NCBI GenBank assembly: GCA_963924565.1
Contig: OZ004607.1
Coordinates: forward strand, 29,388,001-29,452,000
Source: Ascidiella aspersa
Lineage: Eukaryota
Direction: 5' to 3'
Length of the DNA stretch: 64,000 nucleotides
Of the stretch, positions 55,079-64,000 are shown piece after piece. The number at the start of each line of letters is the position of its first letter. Position 1 is the first letter of the stretch. The position numbers and the translations under genes are program-made. The notes under the pieces were generated by a model. That model saw nothing but the letters and a program-made list of their open reading frames with translations. It was not told the DNA's origin and ran no database searches.

Positions 55079-55924
55079 AGGCCTGTCCTTTATTCAGTTG
55101 ACCAACAAGCTGACATTGCCCTGTATCAGAAAGTGAAAACGGGTTTCGCATAGTATTTAAGGGCCACAATTTAGACTACTATATTATTCAAAATTTGAGT
55201 CGGGGATATACCAGATTTGTTTTGTAAACGGCGTATTGTTCACTCATTTGAAAAGGAAATGTGTGAACATTTTATGACTGTTAATGTGCGTACATTTTGA
55301 GACAGGTATTGTGCTACACGGGAACACATAATTAGACCTAGAAAGCAACCATACTAAAGGCAGAAAAAAACTATTAAACTATAGTATTAAGACCAACGAC
55401 ATAATAAAGCCAAATACGCAGTAATATCCACGACAGAATAAGAACTTAATCGTCTGAAAAAGTCTACCCCTTATCCTTATTCCTAACCCTAACTCCAACT
55501 CTAACTCTAAACCGACATTATTTACCTTGTTTTGGAATCGTATATTTTGTTAGGTGTCAGATCATAGAGAATGTAAACGTTTATTTTCCCTTTAGAAGTG
55601 GGAGGTCAGGCAACTTAGAAAAGTTATAAAATGAAAGCGAAAAGTTATTTAAATTGCTCTGAAAACATTAGCTAATAATATCCTTAACGTTTAGTACTAT
55701 ACAAACAAACATTTAGACCTACACATACATTAAAATATTGTGCACACATTTGTACATGCCTATTTTAAAACTTTAGGAAAACAGATGTGCACGTTTTGGC
55801 ATATGAACATCGCCTGGATAAATGTGCTCAAAATTAGACGTGCACGTTTTGTCGTACATTGTGTGATAAACGCCACGTCTCAAGTTTCTTAAAAGAATAT
55901 TAAATTCCTAAACTTTTTTCTAGG

Positions 55925-56020
55925 TTGGCAGAAAATAGGTCTAAATAATACGCACGCTGGCAGAAAAAAAAACGTACGTTGGCAGAAAAAAAACGTACAT
56001 TGGCAAAAAAATACGCACGT
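55925..56020 (+). repeat. Degenerate minisatellite (TGGCAGAAAAAAAAACGTAC-like, about 21-22 bp, 3-4 copies)
   Basis: Repeated TGGCA(G/A)AAAA units at ~55926, 55958, 55980 and 56001. Confidence 0.7.
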
Positions 56021-56853
56021 CATCATATTTTCCTGTTATGCGAAGAGCCACGAATTTTTTTTCAACGTCTACTTTAATTAACATGATGGAACCTAACACG
56101 TCGATCTATCCTGCCTTAAAACGTGGAATCGTGAGCTTGTTTGTATCGTTAAAAGGCTTACTAGACGTTTTGCGGTCAGCTCTATACAGATATTTGGATG
56201 ATTAATGTAGCTATTTTAAGTCGCAAAAGCCAAGTCTAACGCTGCAAAACACTCGTGAACGCTGAAACACAAAACACGCTGACTAAACTAATGTTCCTTA
56301 AGCTTCAGTATGTTTTTAATGTCAACATGTACAACCATTGCTCAACAATGACTTCTTCTTGTTGGATCGCAAAACGCGTGGTTAACAAAAATGAAATCCG
56401 CTTAAACTATATGTGGCGACCCGTCGATTCATTCCTAATGATTGATTCATTCACAATTCGGAATACCCAAGCGGTGTTGTTCCACAACAAACTAATTTTA
56501 ACTCGAGAACACTATTTAACTGACATGTTATCTCTCAGGCTGTTATTTCGCTTGTGTGTTCGCTTGACGTACATTACTGAATTGCAAATATCAATAACTG
56601 TTATATTTTGCTACTGTATAGTTGGCGCCAATGAACAATAAAAGTAAGAGACGATCGTCAATTTTAGGTTAATTGTAAACTGATAGAAACAGATTTGAAT
56701 AATATTCATTGCTTATTTAGCCACTTTTGGTGTGAAATATACAAAAGCAAATAGGAAAGGATTATTCTATAATTTCAGTGATTTGTGACGCCTTTTCTGT
56801 ATTGCAGGCGTAACTATTGTAAGAATTCAGTTGTCTCGCTCTTTGTCGTCAAA

Positions 56854-59800
56854 ATGATGCAGATTATGTTCTTTCTTATGGGGTTTCTCGCATCTTCGCA
56901 AGCCTGGATCCTAGTATCAGGTAGGCTTGTATACATAAAGCAGGGAAAGGCTGTATAGTGTTAGTAACCACCCGGTAATAAAGTAAAATTAACCTTTAAG
57001 AATAAATATGTGACCGTGTGTTCAACAGTTGAAAAATGCGCGTTTTTTTATAAAATACTCTGATAAATACATGTAGTTCTGCCGTTAGTTGTTGATCGTG
57101 CATCTTTTAGTAAACAAACATTTTATCTACGATTAGAGCATCGAACGGCTTTTAATTGTGACCACAATCCTTGCTCACACCGCTGCGTTGAATTCCCTGG
57201 AGGATTCTACTGCGAATGCCCGAAAAGCCACTACCTTGACCCTGATGACCCTAACCAATCCACTTGCTTACCATTCGCTATACAAGGTACGGCACAACTA
57301 AATTAAATGAACAAACTCAAAGCTCTGTGTTAAATAAATTTGTAAGTATAGCAGCTATTGAGCTTATTTTGGAAAACATTACTTAAAGTACGGGTTTCGA
57401 AACTTTTAGGGCTTACACTACCCCTAGAAATAATAAATAAAAGGCGGTACCCCTACTGGAACTTTTGTTAAGAGGTTTAGTATTATTTCACTATAAAAAG
57501 AACATTAACAGCACTATTAACTGTGTATAATATACGAAAATATAATTAGATTTTATGTACTTTAATAATAATCAGTGGGGCCTACACAAAGGACTTTATG
57601 ACGAAGTTTGATCAATACAAAGAAAATCATATTCTTGAAGAATCCCAGATATCAATCAGCTACCTGAGTATTCGAAATGGCACCCTGGCTGGGAATCACT
57701 GACTTATATTTCATGGCATATTCAAAAATTATAAATATCAACATTCGGTCTTCATTACCCTTAAACATCGATCCTTTAAAATTAAAACCAAGGGCTCGTA
57801 TTTCGTTTTAAAGCAGTTTGTCGTATTTTGTGTAAGAATTGCACTAGCAAACTACAAACGTATGTTTTTTTAGTAAGAATTAGGCTTTAAAATTGACGGG
57901 ACAACCTTTTTTTCAGGATTTTAATTTGTTGCTAGTTGAATATTTGTTGTATTTAACGTCTATGAGACCAAACACTTTTGGTGACGCTGTCCGTAAAATA
58001 AATCCCGGATAATATAAAGTCTGCTCAAGGTAAAATCCCCAAGATAGTCAGTCTGTTTAAGTTTACATTCAAGGTTTAAAGTATGGTCGAAGGCATATTT
58101 ACCGTGATTGTTTAAGGTAGTCTGCATTACACCTTTTTCCATTAGATACTGCTTGTAACAAGGCAAACTGCTCCCAAGACTGTGTAACCTACAGGGATGA
58201 CTTCTTCTGCGAGTGCTGGGACTCCTACTACATTGCTGATGACTACGCGACATGTGTGGTTCGTCCTTCAGGTAACTTTGAAAAGGGCAACATCTACCCT
58301 ATAGGGCCTAGGCGTATTTATTATCCAATGTTCGAAAACTTAAAAAATAAATGCATTTCACGACAGATTAAAGTTGTCACTATACGCTGTATGTAAACAT
58401 TGCGTACAAAAGTCATTAAAACAAACTTTTGGCTTAAAGTTCTATAAATATTTGGAGATCTTGTGCAAAAATATGATTAGGAAATTACGAGCCTCGTGTT
58501 TTATCGAAGTCTTCAATGAAAGCAAACTTGGAAATTATCTACATTTAAATGATTTAAATGGATTGTTTTATCCCGATTAAAATAAGGAATTGCAAAATTG
58601 CCTGTCGAAAAAGTAAACCGAAACATCGCGTAATAAATTGGATAGAGGGGTGAGCGCTCTTTCTTGTACAACCTACAATTGGGGTAATTTTATTATATTT
58701 TGACAAGTATTTGATCCTATTTAGAGGCCGACTGCCCGCGTGATTTCTGGCCTTACGGCCACAGCTGCATGGCTTCCACCTACAATGCCTTATCTTACGC
58801 CGGTTCAAAGGCAGCTTGTAGACTCTTGGGAGGTCGCCTTGTAAAGATTCAGGACCAGGGAGTCAGGAGAATCGTCGCGCGCTATTTTGGATCCAAAATA
58901 TGGATTGGTAAGATTGAAATTTGCCGCTTGGATCCAGCGTCCAAATGTAGCCTCGTCAATATCGAAGTCGATTTAAAAAGAAAAAAAGACAAGGACGTTT
59001 TTAAAGTGGCCATCATAATCACATTGTAAAGGTTTATTTTTTGTAATAAATTGCGATATTTTCTATTTAATACAGAGTGAATCCTGCAAAAAAAATGTTT
59101 AGAAAAGTTGTGAAGTTCCGTTAAAATTATTTTCAGAAGATATATAGGGTTTCGTTAATTTGTTTTTGCCAGAGCTGGTATTGTCTGGTTTTGTCTCGTT
59201 GGTGACCGTTCACTATAGTTTTGTTTTTTGAAAAACCGGCACCTATATAAAAAAAAAAGCTTAATATAATCCCGCAACAGATATGCTGTTTGTCGCACCC
59301 AAAGCAACCAGAACGCTCTTTCGCATCTGACAGGTGTCAGCGATCGCGCGGGCGACGGTTCATTTGCCCACTCGGACGGAAGTCAGGTCACTTACGTCGA
59401 TGGATGGGCGACCGGTCATCCGGAACGCAACGGTTGCGGCTACATCTCAGACGGCAAACTCTATACTGGTGATTGCAAGAACAACTTGACGGCCGTGTGC
59501 GAAATCCGTGAGTATATTTCTTTCGGGGTTTAACGGAAAACACACACTTTTTATATAAAGCGATGGCTTGAGATGGCCAAAAAGTACCAAGTTCTGTTTT
59601 AGTTTGACAAAGCAACCGAATTGCATGTTTATTGCGTCATTTTAAACAATACATTACGGGAATGTTATTATGTTTATTATTCACGAATATATAATGTTTA
59701 AATTCAACGATTAAAAAAGAATTCCCTATCTCGAACTTAGAAACAAATTTTCGTTGTGAAATACATCTATTGACACGTATCCTTGACATGATACGCTCCA

Positions 59801-60871
59801 TAAATAATTATTATACAGTGATACAATAGCAGTGCTACAACATGTTTTTTGTTCAGCTCGTGCTACGGGTTTCGCCTTATTTTCCAACCGCCTCAGCTGG
59901 GAAGAGGTACACGGAACGCTTTACTTTCCTACTGATGTGAACGCCGTTCTCGTCACATTTCCACAACCGGTTAAAGAATTTTATGTGAGTATATAGGCCT
60001 ACATTCCGTCAGCTTGATCCCGTATTCTAAGAGGACACATTTAAAGTTTGCATAAATGCTTTTCAGCGAATCGAACATTGTGCTCGGCAGTGTATAGTCC
60101 CCGACACTTTATGACCATTTGCCGAAAACATTTGACACAGTGCTGTAAACTCTGTATTTTGGCTATATGACTCGAGCCACTTTTTAAGACAAATGCAATA
60201 CAAATCGAAATAACTGTATGTTTCCTTGTTTGTCCATAAGCTTTTGTCGCGGGTAATATTATAATAAGGCCTAAATGAAGTTTAATTCAGTAATATTTTG
60301 CGCTTTTAAAGAGGACAAAGGTCCGCTTTTCCATCCTTAACCGAACAAATGGTTCGCAACAATCCTTTCACTCCTTTGTGGCAAACAGCGAATGGAATAC
60401 ACACGATTTAAATCGCGCCACTTGTGCACGAATTTAGCATATGCTAATTTTGCCTAAAGAGTTTTGATTTTAAAAGATACCTCAGTATCTCCTCGAACAT
60501 AGCTAGATGGATTCACTTATGGCTATATTTAACCCACATTACTCAGCCCGATTGGTGGTTATACAACATATCGACAGCTGGTTGATACGATGTGTTCTGA
60601 TGAAACCACCATATGCTCATCTAGTTTTGTTTCTGAACAATATGATTAGGTTACTGAACAACTGATATAATACGTTGATAAATAAACAACATAATTTTGT
60701 GTGCAGGCCTGGTTCTCCAGTGTTGCTGCAAGGTTATCCAGCAGCCAATATGTGGTGAAGCAAAACGACATCGAACGTCAGTTTGGCGAAGGCCAAGGAA
60801 AGTTTGTTATCGAAATGGGTGACAGTCGTTTCCCAGATTACACAATTGCTGTAACCGCCTATGCTTCGTGA
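56854..60871 (+). CDS. Gene D: secreted 330-aa protein, signal peptide + 2 EGF-like + C-type lectin-like domain + ~95-aa beta-rich C-terminal domain
   Basis: Exons: 56854-56920, 57137-57286, 58146-58271, 58725-58907, 59334-59507, 59857-59984, 60707-60871 (TGA); 993 nt. Signal peptide MMQIMFFLMGFLASSQA. EGFs CDHNPCSHRCVEFPGGFYCECPKSHYL and CNKANCSQDCVTYRDDFFCECWDSYY, each on a phase 1-1 exon. CTLD: CPRDFWPYGHSC...SKAACRLLGGRLVKI...IWIGVSD...DCKNNLTAVCE. Confidence 0.9.
57389..57701. mobile_element. Possible old hAT-type MITE, gene D intron 2
   Basis: Right end GCTGGGAATCACTG, eroded left end TACGGGTTTCGAAACTTT; flanks ACTTAAAG / ACTTATAT (6/8); TACCCCT subterminal motifs; size similar to the other MITEs. 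Confidence 0.45.
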
Positions 60872-61043
60872 ATATCAAATGCATTTGTTGTCTGTGTTTT
60901 ACTTTTGATCAATTAAAATTTATGGCAAAAAGGCCGCAAGTTCATTATCTGGCTAAAATCTGTGTGGATCACATTAAGCTTTGTAAAATCGATTTTATTT
61001 ATTTTGCAATATTGTTTGACAAACACGTAATTTTTGTTTAATA

Positions 61044-61057
61044 AATAAAGCTTTATT
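61044..61057. terminator. Palindromic bidirectional poly(A) signal between convergent genes D and E
   Basis: AATAAAGCTTTATT is a perfect palindrome giving AATAAA on both strands, and lies between the stop codons at 60871 (+) and 61350 (-). Confidence 0.55.
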
Positions 61058-61349
61058 AAGTGTTATTGGGCATCAATCGTTACTAAGCTTTCCCCGAAAA
61101 AACAAACTTGAGAGGAAGCTTACGTGAACTTGAGAGGAAGCTTACAAAGCAACATAGAAGTGTCTTAACTTGAGTTTGAAGTTTGTCTACTAATTAATTT
61201 TATAGGAAATTAGGATGACATATTACAATAACTTGATAAATAAAATCCAGTCAACACAGTGTAAATCTTGAAAATATAAGTGAAACTGTGTGGAAAATAA
61301 ATTTATAAACAATTGGACCCTAGTTTGCTTTTGTAAATATTTTTAGGAT

Positions 61350-63516
61350 TCACTCATAAATAAACGAAATGTCCAGGCCCTGCAGTGTTTTGTCGACATT
61401 TCGATTTATCATATCGGAATGAGCAACCGTTAGGCGATCCTTCCAAGATCCAATTTTACCTACAGTTAAATAGAAGAATACCTTTATCGCATTACATTTA
61501 ATTTTTGCTAATAGTTTAACTTTGTGTAAACGTTGACTCAACTAGCGAATGTTCCATGAAATGGCATTATATAGTTTGTCAACTTTTGACGAAAATATTA
61601 AACATCAAAAACTTGTGATGAATTCGAATTTTTATTTTGAGAAATTCAGCAATTTCGAGCCAAGTTTGCCAAAATTAAAAGACATTTTGACTTTGGGAAA
61701 TTAATATTTTCCTATAATAAAAATGGGTCTACTCTAAAATTTACTTTTAACAGTTTGTATACCCTTAATTGAATGACCAATAAGGTCATGAATTCTTCTT
61801 GTTTGTCGGTTGTAAATAATTTTTAGCTGCAATATTTATCATAAGAGGCCGATTAAATGCTGTTTTGGTTTCATAATTTAGGTATTCTAACGTATGTTCG
61901 CATTTTTTTTCGCGCTGTTGCTCTTCTAGAATAAGGCGATAGTCATACTCAACCTTAACGGCATATAGAGTTCTGGCAAAGGAGTAATAAAAGTTTGTTA
62001 TACCTTTGCGAAACAAATTGGCGAATTCCTCGTTGTCGTTTGTCGCCGCTTTTTTCATCGTATCGAAAGTGCAGTTGTTGCAAATCTTCTCCAAGTTGTC
62101 GTTGTCGACCTGAACACCAATAAACTCGGCGATCTTTCTGACTTCTTGGCGTAAATTCTGAAAGACATGCTTGGTAAACAAGAGTATTACTAAATTAGTT
62201 ATACAGGCCATATATGTTTTTATCTATGTAGCAATAGAAGGTAGTTTTCTTGCTTCACTGCCTTGCCCAACTTTACGTCAATATACACATGACCACTAAC
62301 AAGTGACCAACGCCCAAGCGAGTGGAAAGGGGGTTTCGCGAATTCATACTAGGCTACTTTACGCTACTCAGCGTGTTACGTAGTCGTGTATACTGACGTT
62401 TGTAAATATGCTTAACGAGCAATTTTAACTAAGTGAAGTTATTCTGTCCAGAGTTCAAAAGTTAAGGACAGTTATATTAGCGGCCTGTTCCTTGGAGTCA
62501 GATGTATAAAAAGAAACGTGTTTGAGACTTATGCCGCCGTCGGCCCTTGTCTCAAGGGCCAGCGCCTTTATACCCGTGGCAACCACTAACACTAAAATCT
62601 TTAATGCCATATTTGGTTATTTATTGCTTGTCTACAAGATTCCCAACATTAGGTTTACAAATCATTATTGTTCGATCAACTTACTCCTTTCATCTCTTCA
62701 TACACAAGAAACAAAAGGTTTTTGTCGTCCTTATGTTGATGCCAAGCTTTGATGTGCTCCAGGTAACCCTCGCCATCTTTACCGAAACATCCTTGTTTAC
62801 CTTTGATATACATATACGTATTATGAGTTTTAAGTTCATCCGTTATTTCACCAATCTGACCTCTACGCTATACCTGCGATATGAAGGTCGTAAAACTCCT
62901 TTTCCGTTTTCGGAAATAAATTACACACATCATTTTTGATAAAGTTGTACCACGAAACCAACTGATCTTTAGGGTTGCGATACACGTATAAAGTCTAAGC
63001 CAAAAATAAGTAATTTATCAAATATTTATATTTGTATGACATTTTAGGGGCATTTTGGTCCATACATTATATTGTCACCATTGTATGTAAGTAATTTTGT
63101 GATAGATTGCAACACCAAACAAAGTAACCTTTGTGTTGTTTTGTCTTAACTTGTCCATGTTCACAAGGTTTGGTGTTAGATGAGTGCAAAAAAACCTTCG
63201 CAGCAACGCCAAGTTTTCAGTAACTTGATACTTGGAAACTGTAAACAATAATATGGAATAACATTGCTCCAAAAATGACTTTTTACCCAAGTGGTCATTG
63301 TTAACCGCGCTTGTGGCTGCTGGAGCACAGCCTAATTTTCTATTTGTAAAGAAACCTATTGCTTTCTTGTAGGTTGCTGAGTAATAGCCAATGTTGACTT
63401 ACTTGGTCCGAACTCCAAGTAGGAGAACATCTGTGTTATCTTTTTTGTCTTTTCAAGCGTCTCCTTGTCCTTGTAGTAAAGCAGGTTCCGCCCAATTTCA
63501 GTGGTCCAAGTTGTAC
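61350..63516 (-). CDS. Gene E: cytosolic (SULT-type) sulfotransferase, 5' end outside the window
   Basis: Minus-strand exons: 63516-63403, 63238-63129, 62994-62874, 62800-62685, 62157-62004, 61459-61350 (TGA). Motifs: end of the 5'-PSB loop GTTW, catalytic TH-L, 3'-PB YVYRNPKDQLVSWYNF, YEEMK, and FRKGKIGSWK (RKGxxGxWK). Confidence 0.93.
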
Positions 63517-64000
63517 CTATAGTATTCATAATAGTCATGAAAAACATCGGTATTGATTGCACCATTCCATAGAGTATAAAAGGCTAAAAAATATCCCCGG
63601 GAGAATTTACAAAGCCAGAAAATTTAAACTGAGATACGTTGGAATGGAAACGTTCCTGCGTTCTAAGTGGACATCCATTTTAAAACTGGTCGGGAAATCG
63701 TACAAATCTATAATAAAGCTGATGGTATCAAATTTTGCGGCACGGGACTGGTATTAGTCCGGGAGCTAGTAGAGATTTAAATAGCATGCCGAGTACAAAA
63801 GGTTTGACTATTTAAGGCATATAAGGGCCCCACATGGACCCCCAAAAGGCTGGTCTTAAGTTAAGAATTTGGTGCGTTTAGAAAGGGGGGCTGTTGAGAA
63901 AACCCCAAAATTTCGGTTTAAATATCATGTCGAGTACATCGATAAAACCTATCTTAAATGTTGCGCCACATATCAGAAACTTTATATCCCCCTGTTACAG

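Noticed and set aside
55468-55513. CCCTAA-like run suggesting an interstitial telomere
   Set aside because: Only one exact CCCTAA among degenerate hexamers; too short.
56110-56140. TGCCTTAAA resembling the U12 snRNA 5' end
   Set aside because: Similarity ends after 9 nt; no branch-point recognition sequence or matching structure.
1-64000. CRISPR array, operon or prokaryotic defence system
   Set aside because: No regularly spaced repeat-spacer units, and all coding regions are spliced eukaryotic exons.

Overview
This is a eukaryotic (animal) genomic window with GT-AG introns, an AT-rich background and CpG-rich patches. It is probably an ascidian tunicate, but that is my inference and cannot be confirmed from the sequence. 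I found no prokaryotic features, CRISPR array, rRNA or intact tRNA. Five spliced genes could be assembled by hand with consistent intron phases. (A) 3203..16576 (+), 12 coding exons, ~678 aa, Ser-rich with a coiled coil. (B) 24315..47540 (+), 22 coding exons, ~1812 aa, three PH domains plus a C-terminal coiled coil. (C) 48915..53959 (-), a BTB-BACK protein with degenerate kelch-like repeats. (D) 56854..60871 (+), a secreted signal peptide-EGF-EGF-C-type lectin protein with an unassigned, possibly CBM2-like, C-terminal domain. (E) 61350..>63516 (-), a cytosolic sulfotransferase truncated at its 5' end by the window. The main observation is that gene A is a tandem paralogue of the last ~670 codons of gene B. 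The two share an N-terminal motif, an intron-phase chain, a coiled coil and a C-terminal motif, but in A the PH domain has turned into low-complexity sequence. Gene B also appears to hide an internal acceptor and ATG inside a 1.35-kb coding exon, which would give a short isoform matching A. Other items: five hAT-type MITEs, a candidate structured RNA or SINE in gene C intron 1, a palindromic two-way poly(A) signal between D and E, a start-stop plus overlapping uORF leader in gene B, and a Forkhead-site cluster.
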